Source of the DNA: Mustelus asterias
Taxonomy: Eukaryota
Direction of reading: 5' to 3'
Assembly: GCF_964213995.1 (NCBI RefSeq)
Contig: NC_135808.1
Location: 6,138,001-6,202,000, forward strand
DNA: 64,000 nt
The notes under the pieces are model-generated. The model was not told the origin of the DNA. It did not search any database and saw only the letters and a program-made list of their open reading frames with translations. Position numbers and translations under genes: made by a program. Below, piece after piece: positions 1-11,900 of this stretch (the first letter of the stretch is position 1; every line of letters begins with the position of its first letter).

Positions 1-1784
1 AAATTTCCAAACCTCCCGAATTCTTTCACTCTTCACAGTAGTCGTGGTTGTCAGCGGTGAGTCTGACATTTACTTTGGTCGGTGAGGGAGGGGAAGGGGA
101 GGGGAAGGGGAGGTGGGAGAACAGCTGCTGAGATGATTTTCGGCTGTCTTGACTTTGAGCTCAGGCAGTGAATAAGTGCCGTTATCATGCTGCCTGGCCC
201 GCTGAGTATTCCCATCATTTTCTTTTTATATTAATCTCCAGTTGGTTTGTTTCTTGTAATTGTGATAAAGCTATCTGTCTGACTGACTTCAAACTCTCAG
301 CATGTTCCAATATGTAAATACTTTGCATGATTAAATAACACTTGACCAATTGGACTAGGTTTGCACAGCTCTGTAAATATTGCCCAAAATATCATGCTGA
401 AGTGGACACTCTAATTGGAGGGAAGAAAATGAGAGTTTTTATTTTCCATTAAAATAGGACACGTCCCTTTTATTGTTTCAAATGTAAATGATGTGACATT
501 GCTGTGAATACCGAATTAAAAGTCTGTCTGTATTGATCATTATGTGTGAACTGGTCGGGTTTGTATGACATTAATCGATAATGTCAAACCAGATGAAAAT
601 CAGTTCAGTTGCTGCACTGGAATGTTAGTGGAGCCACAGTTATCATTTATTTATGGTTTGTCTGGTCTGTCCACATCACTGAAATAATCCTTACATCACT
701 CGTGTTACCTGTTTATTGAAACATTATTAAAGATCCCTGTACATGTAACCTGCTCATATTATGGCTATTATAGAATTATAGTTTACATTGGTGGCTCCAT
801 GATTACATTTGTAAAATGATTCTTCAAACAAAACAATCTGAGAACCAGTGGAATAGAAACAGTTTTTCTCAAAGATTCCATAGTCCAACATTAAATCCTA
901 AGAGCAGAAACTCAACATGTTGTTTGTTTTTATTTTCAAATTGCTCCAGATTCTGGATCTTTACAGCGCCCATTTCAAATTCATCTGGATGAATTTAACA
1001 GCCTCCAATTGGAGTAGATATTTTGCGCGAAATAGTACTAACATTGACTCTGGTGGTGCTAACGTTTCATCTCGTCCTTCAGCGATTGACAACTTGGATA
1101 TAGTACTGAGATAGGCAGTGGGAATGCCAGTCAGTTTCAAATGGGAAGGATATAAGATCATAAAATCAGATGGTGGCAGAGATGGTGGGGAAATGGCCCT
1201 CTGTGTCTGTCAAGGTGCATTGATAGAGCGATGCAAGTGATCCCAACCCAGTGCCTATCCCACCCCCTAATATTTCTGCATTGCATTGTTCATTCAATTT
1301 ATATTTGAACGTTGATATTGAATTTTGCTTCCAACAGACTGACAGGCAGTGAATTTAAGATCATAACTTAAAAACCCTCTTAATCTCATTCAGGTTCTTT
1401 CTTCAACTCCCTTATATCTGTATTCGCTGTCTGCTGAACCCTCTACCACTGGGAACAGTTTCTGCTTCTGTGTTCTATCAAAACCCTTCGTGATTTTTAA
1501 TTCCTCTGTGAAATTTTTCATTCAGCTTCTCTGCAGAGGTACTGATACAGAGGATCTTCCAATCTTCTGAGGTATAGTGGTTGTGACAGGTGAGTGGAGA
1601 ATTGCTCTTAGAAATGATAATCTTGGAAGCAGTTAACAAACACTGAGAGAAGTGTGAATCAAAGAAAACCAGAGAAAATTGTTAAAAGCAAACCAAATCT
1701 ATTGACTATTTTCAGTAACTCAGTAACTGTAGCTGCACAAACGTGGTCTGCTGCCGAATTACTTGAAATATAAAATATACTTAA

Positions 1785-2390
1785 CCATGTCTATGAAGAG
1801 AAAAGTAAATAAAAATATCATGCATTTTGAAAGCAGCGGGAAAACCCATACGTATTTAGCGAAATAAATGGAAACCCTTTATGCTTAATTTATTTGCAAA
1901 AAAGAACATCGGTTGCCAAAGAATACGACATTAAAATACACATGAAACATGTCGCCCTGGTGCAAGTGGTAAGTAGACAGGCAAGCCACAAGAATTGGCA
2001 GAATTCGATCATGTGTTGAAACAACAACATTGTACGTTAATAAATGTGACATAAGCGAAAGCACATTAAAAGCAAGTTTTGTGATCGTTCAAGAAATTGA
2101 AGCTTTTTCAAAGTCATCTTCTGAATTCATAAAAATGCACATTGAAAGCTGTGAACTTGATAAGCAATAGTGTTTTCAAAATATTAGCTTTTTGCGAAAC
2201 ACAATTGTCGACAAAATTTCTGAATTATCGGAAAATTTGTCAAACAAGCTCCAGGACAATAAGCTCAATAATTATTGACAAAAGTATGGATAGAGATGAC
2301 AAAGCCCAGTTAGTGTTGCTTATTTGTGCGACTGATCAAAATATGAATGTGACAGAGGAATGTTTCTAGTGCCAGTGAATGACACCATGG
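1785..2390 (+). mobile_element. Decayed hAT (Charlie/SPIN/GTF2IRD2-like) transposase fragment
   Basis: MSMKRKVNK.., NGNPLCLI, KEYDIK, and IIDKSMDRDDKAQLVLLICATDQNMNVTEE resembling the hAT LDESTD..AQL.IFIR.VD....VTEE block. Confidence 0.68.
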
Positions 2391-2524
2391 CGGGTGGTGG
2401 TGGGGGGGGGGGGGGGGGGGGCGGGGGTGGCTGGTGGTGGGAGGTAGTGGAGGAGAGGCGGCGCTGCGGCGGCGGTGGTGGATATGGTATCTGCGATGTG
2501 AAGTATATATCCAGCTCCCGCAAC

Positions 2525-2710
2525 ACATCCTCACATCCTTGTGTTTAAATCTCCTCCCTTGACCTTGCTGCTTCCTAACTCTGTAAACTCCTCCAGCCCG
2601 ATAACTTGCAATGTGCTCTGAGCTTCTCCAATTCTGCCTCTTGCTAAAGCCCGATTCCCTTTACCCTAACATTGGCGTCTGTGCCTTCAGCTGCCCGGCC
2701 CCTGAGACCG
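2525..2710 (+). mobile_element. L2-type LINE 3' remnant
   Basis: ATCCTTGTGTTTAAATC..CTCCTCCAGCCC..GTGCCTTCAGCTGCC. Confidence 0.5.
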
Positions 2711-3029
2711 CGATTCCACGAAAATCTCCCGGCCTCAAAATGATTATTTTGTGGGCAGCATCAGGACTGCATCTAAGTGAACCCTGGCTATTCCACTGAA
2801 CACCGCCTGACAACTTGAGGATAACCTGTAGATTTTTCCTGTGTGTTTTGGGCAGGAATGATCTGAACAGAGGAATAACCAGATGAAGAGCGCAATGTAA
2901 TGTTGCAGTGTGGGTGTCAATCAGTGTGTGTGATGTGTGAATGGAGCTGGTGAATCAGTGACACTCAGGATCACAGAATGTGGTGAGGAAGCTGAATCAG
3001 CTGAATTTGGGACATTGTCACTTTCTAAA

Positions 3030-3300
3030 GCCCGGGGCTCCGAGGCCTTTCCCGGGCTCCCCTCCCCCACTCGCGCTTCCCACCACGTGATGCTGTGCTG
3101 AATCCAGCCCCTCCCCCTGCCCCCGCTGACGCTGCCTGATCCTCCAATCAGAGCCGCGCTTCATCCCGCGCTCTGACCTTGGGCTGAAGGTCAGCGCGCG
3201 GCCGCTCCTCGCGCTCTGGCCGGAGCTTTTCCTCCCGCGCGCCCGCTTTCCCCCCTCAGCCGCCCGGAGCCGCATCATGGGCGCTCATTCAACTCCTCCT
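3030..3300. promoter_or_regulatory. CpG-rich promoter-like segment upstream of TRIM gene 1
   Basis: High GC and CpG density in an otherwise CpG-poor background, CCAAT at ~3144, CACGTG E-box at ~3084; target transcript not established. Confidence 0.5.
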
Positions 3301-5582
3301 CTCATATGAGGCCAACACTTTCTCATGGGATGTCTAGTTTCACTCCATTCCATTGCCTCCTGAGAGTTTGCACCGAGGCTGCAATGAGGTGTGGAGCCGA
3401 GTGCTCCTGGAGGAAGCCAAACTGAACATCTCCCCGAGCCGGAGCAAAGAGCTGAATTCCAGAGGTGGAGTGAGAGTGACTGCCCTGAACATCAAGGCAG
3501 CATTTCACCCAGTGTGGCATCACGGAGCCCCAGCAAAACATAACTCAATGCAATCAGGAAAAACTCTCCACTGGTTAGAGTCTGGATTATTACTCCAGGA
3601 AAATTACCATAAGGCTGCCAAAGTCCCTGGTCTGGATACGCCAGCCAGGGTATCTTTTCAACATCTACGCTGTGTCAAACCTCTCATTTAAATTCCGGGG
3701 AATAGAGACCGGGTCAATTCAGTCTCTTTGCATAAAACAATTTTCAGTTGAAGTCAACTTTTAAATATGGATTTATCCAATCCAAGTGTTAGATTATTTA
3801 AAATCATAATGTGATCTCGCAATGGATTAGACCATTCGGTCCGTCCTACCAGTGATCCTTCAAAGACAGTCCCTACCTCTTGGACCGTTTGTATTAGGGA
3901 ATTATTTCCTGCAGCACTAAGATTCTGTCAGCAGGTGGCAGCGGTGCACTTTCTAACAGTGAAAGACTTGAGTTCACACAGATTCTCAACCCATCCCAGA
4001 AACTTACTGCACCCGCAATAAATTACTCACAAGTACAGGAACCGTCGTTAAGTAGGAAATGCAGAAGCCATTTTAAACGCACTAGTTCCTGCAAAAAAAA
4101 ATGAATGAGCAAATAATGCTTCATTGGTGGTGCTGATTGAGTGAGGACTGTTGTCCAGGGCGCCGGGAGAACTCACCTGCTGCTCTTTTCTGTGGGATCT
4201 GAAACATCCACTTGAGACCGACAGGGCTTCGGTTTAGTAACACACGGAAGAAGTGAACGTGTTGGACGAAGATAGGAACAGGAGTGGTCCATTCAATCCC
4301 TCGATCATGGTTGAGTTCTTCTCAACACCATTTGCCCATCCTATTCCCAATAACCCTTGACACATTGGGAAACTCCAATTGTACCAATATCAAAAGGCTT
4401 TGAGTGGAGAGAATTCCACATTTTTCCGACACTGAAGGTCATCAGTGTTCTGAAACTTGAAATATGAATTCTATTTCTCTCCACAGATGCTGCCTGACCT
4501 GGTGAGTATTTGCAGCATTTTTGTTTTTATTTCAGATTTCCAGCTCCCGCAGTATTTTGCTTTTATTCCTGTGTTATGGAGCTGTCTGGGAGGAACCGCC
4601 CACAACAGAAAACCGATTGCATCATCTCCCTAGACATGCTGGGCAAAGAAACATTCCAGGAACAGATGGGAAACTGCCTGGGCTCCAGTGGTTGGTGTCT
4701 CGTTATGTTTCAGTGGTAGCGCCCTTATCGCTGGGTGAGAAGAGTGTGGGATAGTGTTCCATCCCACAGACTTCAGCACATAGACTGGGGGAGATATTGC
4801 TGAATTCAAACTCGCTCAGGGACGCCAGCGGTTGGGGAAAGAAACGATTAAAATGCAAGCTTTGCTGCCCAGCAGATAACACCGAATCTCTCAGTTCCTT
4901 TAACTCTAAATATTTTCTCAGTCTGATGTGATTTTCTCAGTTTGCCTAAACCAAACCAGTGACTGAACCTCAAACCTATTCACTGTTCCTAAAGTGCTTT
5001 GAGAGGTCTTAGAGTGTTGATTAGCGCTATATAAATGCAAATGTTTGTGTCTCGTAAATAATATCGAAACTCACAAATGTAATCTCTCTAAATACCTTCT
5101 GTGTACCAGTCATCAAAATGTCTCCTTGGCATTTATAGTATTTTCTGTTTTAATATGAGCGGCTGCAGTCATGAACACTGTTAAGTTTCTGGATCGGGAT
5201 TTCACAACGAGTTTCACCAGAGTGGTTTTAAACAGGAGCAAGTTGAGACTGGAGAAAAATGCAATGGAATGTTGATCACGCCCATCTTCGGTTCTTCCTA
5301 CCCCCCCTTCCTCCCCACCCTCCCCTCCCCCTTCACTGTTAACATTTCCTGGAGCTTAGTTCACCCAGACAGGTTTCAAATTTTCCCGTCCCTGCTGTAA
5401 CGCTGCTTGCTTTTATAACGTACAAGTTTTATGTTCCAATGTGTGTCGATCGAATTACATAATTGGATTAGTTCAATTCCCTGAGTATTGGAATGAACTT
5501 TATCGGGGAACCACGGAACTGAAGGTTATCGGCAGCTCAGGAACATCCAAGGTAAAAGCGCTTTCAATCAGGAAGTGTGATC

Positions 5583-5993
5583 ATGGCTTCCAAACAGCAA
5601 GTCCAGAGTTTGACCGAGGAGGCAATTTGTCCCATTTGTTTGGATTTCTTCACCGAGCCGGTAACATTAGATTGTGGACACAACTTCTGCCGCTCCTGTA
5701 TCACCCACTGTTGGGAAAAGAAAGAGATAAACTCCTGTCCGGAATGCAGAGAGGTCTTTCCGGAAAGAAACCTCAGGATAAATCGGGCCTTAGCGAAACT
5801 GGCCGAGAAAACTCGAAAATTAACCATTCATCGGAAACAGAAGGAAAGTGAACTTCACTGTGAGGAACATCAGCAAGAACTGAAGCTGTTTTGTGAAACT
5901 GACAAGAAATTAATCTGTTACACTTGTAGAGATTCGCGGGAACACAAATCTCACAATTTCATGCCAATTAAAGAAGCTGTTGAAATATACAAG
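5583..5993 (+). CDS. TRIM gene 1 coding exon 1 (RING + B-box)
   Basis: ATG at 5583 ([19 protein letters not shown]), donor AAG|GTAAAG at 5993/5994. Confidence 0.92.
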
Positions 5994-8900
5994 GTAAAGT
6001 GGGACAATTCTATTCAGCCAATAGATTTATCATATTTTCATGGTCTAACATTTTCGTTCTGTGATTTTCTCTCCCAATCCCAGAAGCAGCTGAAATCCCC
6101 CTTAGATTTTCTCACAGAGAAGAAATCGGTGGTTCTAGAAATGGAACAGAATCAGAAAGGGAAGATTTCTGAAGTTAGGGTAAGGTCTCCCTGTGCTGGT
6201 TTTCTAGGATCTCGGTTAGTTTTGTTCCCTTTATCGCGGGACATTAATTACGTTTCACATTTCATTTGGTAGGAACAGTCGAGCAGTCTGCAGACCCACA
6301 TCACATCCGAGTTCACTAAAATGCGCCAGATTCTCACTGAGAAAGAGCAGCGTTTACTCAGCGATCTTAGGGAAGAAGAGGGGAAAGTTCTCAAACAGAT
6401 GACGAAAAACCTTGGGGAGATTCAGGAGAATTTAAATTCTATTGAGGAGAAACTCTCAAAGTTGCAGAAACAGATGGAACAAAAAGACGAGCTGATATTT
6501 CTGAAGGTGAATATTACGGATCAGTTCAGGGAAACTCCACATCGTCACTAAATAACTGATGATAACTGTGAAATCAATTAAAAAATCGAACTGATCTTAA
6601 CTGATTGTTTTGTCTATTTCGGGGAAGTTCTGTTGTCACAGGACTAAGCGATTTCCGCATTATCTGCAGAATCCCGGAAACAGCCATCACTTCCCTGGAA
6701 TGAGTTCGTGTTACCAACATTGGAAATCGGACCAGAAGTAGGCAATTCGACCCTTCGAGCCTGCTCTGCCATTCAATAAGATCATGGCAGATCTGTTTGT
6801 GTTTAGAATTGCACATTCCTATTTATCCCCCACTACCTTTCATTCCCTTGCTTAACAAGAATTTATCTACCTCCGCCTTAAAAGTATTCAATGAAACCGC
6901 CTCCACCGTTTCAAAGTAGCACAACCATCTGAAAGAAAAACGTTCTCCTCACCTTTGTCCAAAAACGAAAATCCCTTATTTTAAAACAGCGCCCCAAGCT
7001 CTGGATTCTCTCACAGCAGGAACCATCATCTTCAAGTACACCTTGTCAATATGGTACATGGTCTGACATACTTCAAGCAATCCCATCTCTCACTCTTCTA
7101 AACCGCAGTAGGGACAAGCCCTGTCTGTCTAACATACGCGCATTGCAGACAACAATCCAGTAAACTTTCTCTAAACTGGCTACAAGGCTTTGTTTTTATT
7201 TTTTTCTTTCATGGGATGTGAGCTATGTTGCCCATAATTGCCCCTTGAACTGAATGGGTGGTCAGGCCATTTCAGAGGGGCCATTTCAGACCGGGTAAGG
7301 ATGGCAGTGAAGGACATTAGTGAACCAGATCGGGTTTCACAGTGGCCTTATGGTCATCATTAGATTTTTGATTCCAGATTTTTAAAAACTAAAATACAAG
7401 TTAGAACCCGGGTCCCCAAAGCATTATGCTTGGTCTCCGGATTACTAGTCCAGCGACAGTATCCCTATGCCACTGCCTTCCCCTAAATAAGGAGACCAAA
7501 ACTGCGCCCAAAATTCGAGATATGGTCTCCCCAGTGCTCTGTGCAACTGAAGTATAATATCATTACTTAGATGTTCAATTCTTCTCGTAATAAATGATAG
7601 CATTTCATAAGCATTCTTGCAGTTCCTACATTCTAACTTTTTTGTGCCTTATAGACTTAGATCGTTCTGCACCTCGGAATTCTGCAGCCGTTTTCCATTA
7701 AGTAATACTCTGCTTTAATATACTTCCTGCCAAAGTGAATAACTTCACATTTTCCTGGTTTATTTTGACTCTTGTAATATCATCCCTTATTGCAAAAGTT
7801 TACTCATCTCCTGAAATACATTACATTTCTTCCTCTTTTCAAGTGCATATCCCAATTCCGTTTTGAAACTGATTACGGAGACTACTTCCTGCTCTGTGTC
7901 ACTATTTACATTCCAGAGCACTGGTCATTCTGGAAATAAATCCCTCATTCTCTCTTCCTGTCAATTATTCTAAAGCTATGTATGTATGATTCCCCCAAGG
8001 CTCTATGTTTCCACAATCTCTTTCAAAATTGGCCAACATGACACTGCATAAAATGTAATCTGTGCTCTCTTTTCATCTCACCAGCTGATAGCCACTTGAA
8101 GTCAGTTACTATAATTCACATTGTGCATTTTATTTCTTTTAGGAAGAAATTTGTCAGAAGAGAAGGTAAGACATCTGCTTGACTGGAACTCTACATGGTT
8201 CAGTGAAATAACTCAGAAAAGTGTTTAAGGTCAATCAATAACACCAACTGTTTAATGTTCACAGGATTAGTGAGGATGAACAAGTTTTGTCAGTGGCAGA
8301 TGTCACCCTTTGTGTCGAGAGGTTCAGTGGCCCTTTACAATACATAGCATGGAGAGAAATGATAGACTCCATTAATACCGGTAACATTTTTATATTCTCC
8401 TTCCTGGTTTCTAAATCTAGATCTAGGCTCCTGGACTCCAGTTTATATTTTCACCAATGACCGTGACTAATCTTGATTTCAGGAATCTTTGCAAAAGACA
8501 AGCGAGAAAGTGGGTGATCATATTGAAATATTCAAGTCCCATAATGAAGAGAAAAGATTTACAAAAGGTGTAAGAGAGTCACAAACTCTACAAAAAGTAC
8601 CTAAAATCCCAAACTTAGAAAATGCAGAGTGGAAATGCAGTTCAAAGTGAATGAGGTTGGGTTTTGAGAGACTCAATTGATCAGACAGGCAGTGAGCAAG
8701 GAAGCCCACTGCTCCAATAGGTTTGAGGTTCTTTCAGCTGGTTGGATGAGAGTAGGGGCCGCAGGGTGGATGAACTGAGTGACCATGGCACTGTGGTACA
8801 GAATGCCATTAAACTGGAGGGAAAACACCAATGTAGTGCTAGTAGAGAACATTATAGCGAGGAGAGAGACAAAGGGTCATCTGGACTCGAAACATCAGCT

Positions 8901-11900
8901 TTTCTTTCTCCTTACAGATGCTGCTAGACCTGCTTAGATTTTCAGCATTTTCTCTTTTGGTTTCAAATTCCAGCATCCGCAGTAATTTGCTTTTATCCAG
9001 TTATTATAGCGAGGAGAATTGACCCTGTTCATTGTAGCGAGGAGTGAGAGTCCAGATGGCGATGCTCCCTGCTCATGCCAGCGTTTTGGCATAGCTGCTC
9101 TGGGCTGGAGAGGAAAAGTAAAGTTTATTTATCAGTCACTAGTAAGGCTTACATTAACACTGCAATGAAGTTACTGTGAAATTCCCCTAGTAGCCACAGT
9201 CTGGCGCCTGTTCAGGTCAATGCACCTAACCAGCACTTCTTTCAGAATGTGGGAGGAAACCCACGCAGACACGGGGAGAACGTGCAAGCTCCACACAGAC
9301 AGTGACCCAAGCCAGGAATCAAACCCAGGTCCCTGGCTCTGTGAAGCAGCAGTGCTAATCACTGTGCTACCGTGCCACCCTAGTTGCAGTGGGAAGAGAA
9401 GAAGCCAGTGGTCGCGGTCTATGTATGTACCTGTGACATCGGTGGATGGGAAGTAGTTTCAGCATAGTCAGTATGAGAAGCTGGGCAACAAATATAACAA
9501 GCAGAACTTCGAAGTTAATAATTTCTAAACTATAACCTGAACCACGTGTAAATTGACTGAGGAAAAATAAGATTGTATAAATGAATGCGTACCTCAAAAA
9601 CTTGTGTTTGAGAAGTGGGTTCCAGTTCATGGGGCATTGACACCAGCGCTGAGAAAAGTGGCCTCTGTACTATTGGGGTGACCTATAGCTGAACTGTGCT
9701 GGGGCTGATGTTCTATTGAGCTGCAAAATGAGGGAAACTGAATAGTGTGGGCAAGGCATCAAATTGTAGAGGATGTGGCATAGCAAAGAATAGAGACAAG
9801 GCAAAAGAGAAAATATGAATATGGGAACTAATAAAAAGACCATGACAGGAAGGGACAGAAAAGTATAAATCTAAGAGTAGAGACGTTAGTGGCTACAACA
9901 ATAATAATAGGACAAAACCAATGGCTCTGTTTCTGAATATATATAGCATTTGAAACAAAAGAGGTGAACTGACAGTACAAATCGAAATTGATGAGTACAA
10001 TCTGATTGCTATTACAGAGTCATGGATACAGGAATACATAAATTGAGACATGAATAATGAAACCCATGTGACAATTCAGCAGAAATGGAACTTGCAAACA
10101 ATCTGAGGGGTGGCTCTGTCAATTAATGATGGAATTAGCACATTAGGGAGGGAAGACCTAGGTTCAGAAAACCAGGATGTAGAAGCACTTTGGGTTGAGA
10201 TGAGAAATTATAAAGGTAAAATGTCACTTGTGGGATAGAAAATACAGGCCACCAAATTCTAACTACACAGGAGGACAGAGGACAAGAGAAAAGATGATAG
10301 GAGGTTGCCGCAAAGGCACGGCAAGTGTCCTGGGGGATTCAAGTATACATATAGGTTGGAAAAATCAGATTGGCAAAGTTAGCATAAATGAAGAATTGAT
10401 GGATTGGATTGGCAACAGTTTCTTAGAGCTCCAGTTTCTGGAGCCAACCAAAGGACAGGGAATACTAGAGCTGGTACTGTGCAAAACCATAGGATGAATT
10501 GATTATTTCATGTTGAAGGCACACCTAGGGAGCAGCAAGCATGATGCGTATTGTAAGCTCAAATAAGGGCAATTATGAATGTATGAAAATGGAGCCAGCT
10601 AAAGTGAACCACTTAATGTGCTTGAAGGATACAACACAAGAGGTTCAGTGGCAGACATTTAAATGGATCTTTTAGAATACACAGAATAGAAACATTCTAA
10701 TGAGAAACAAAAGTTTCAAGACAGGTCCATATCTGTTGTTAACTAAAAACTTTAAAGACAGTGTTAAACTTAAAGAAAAATATATACATTTGCGCAAAGT
10801 TGAGTGACAGATCAGAATCAGATGGAAAGAATAAAAAGAATGTCGTAGAATATCAAGAAGATGGATTGCATTTATAATGAAAGTGCCTGGGATTGTAGTC
10901 GTGCATTGAAGTGGTAGAAAACTTATTGGCACAATTGGCGGATTAATTAAACAGATATTTGCACCTTTCTTCACTAGAGAGGACACAACTAACATCCCTG
11001 TAATAGAGGTAAATCAGGGAATGAAACTTGGGCGGGGCGGCGCGGAGGAAGTCAGGAAAATTACAATCATCAGGGAAATGTTAGTGAGCAAGTTATTTGG
11101 TCTGCGGACTGATAAATCCCCTGTTCTGGATGGACTTCACATTAAAGCCTTGAAAGAAATGGCTCATGAGATAGTTGATACATTGGCTTTAATTTTCCAA
11201 AATTCACTATACTCAGCGAAGAGTTCATTAGATTGGAAGAAAGAAAATGTACCTTCTATACTAAAAAAAAAAGGGAGAAAGCAGGACACGACAGGGAAGT
11301 TGAACTAACATCTGCCATATGGAAAATGTTAGAAGCCACTATTGAACCTGATATAGAAGGACACTTGGAAAATTCAAGGCAATAAGGCAGAGTCAACATG
11401 TGAAAGGGAAATCACGTTTAATCGTTTTATTGAAGTTAGAACATAGAACATAGAAAAAATACAGCACAAACAGGCCCTTCGGCCCACAAGTTGTGCCTGT
11501 CATGTCCCTACCTACCTAGGCTTATAAATAGACTTACCTATAACGCTCAATCCTATTAAGTTCCATGTACTCATCCAGAAGTCTCTTAAAAGACCCTAGC
11601 GAGTTGGCCTCCACCACCACTGACGGCAGCCGATTCCACTCACCCACCACCATCTGAGTGAAAAACTTACCCCTGACATCTCCTCTGTACCTGCTCCCCA
11701 GCACCTTAAACCTGTGTCCTCTCATAGCAGCCATTTCAGCCCTGGGAAAAAGCCTCCGAGAATCCACCCGATCTATACCTCTCAACATCTTGTACACCTC
11801 TATCAGGTCACCTCTCCTCCTTCTCCAAGGAGAAAAGACCGAGCTCCCTCAGCCTATCCTCATAAGGCATGCCAACCAATCCAGGCAACATCCTTGTAAG

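Noticed and set aside
2310-2548. Poly-Pro and poly-Gly ORFs
   Set aside because: Products of a G-homopolymer/GGC low-complexity tract between transposon remnants
5577-6272. Single-exon 231-aa gene as in the ORF track
   Set aside because: Reads through two canonical introns that are conserved in position across paralogs; kept only as a possible retention isoform
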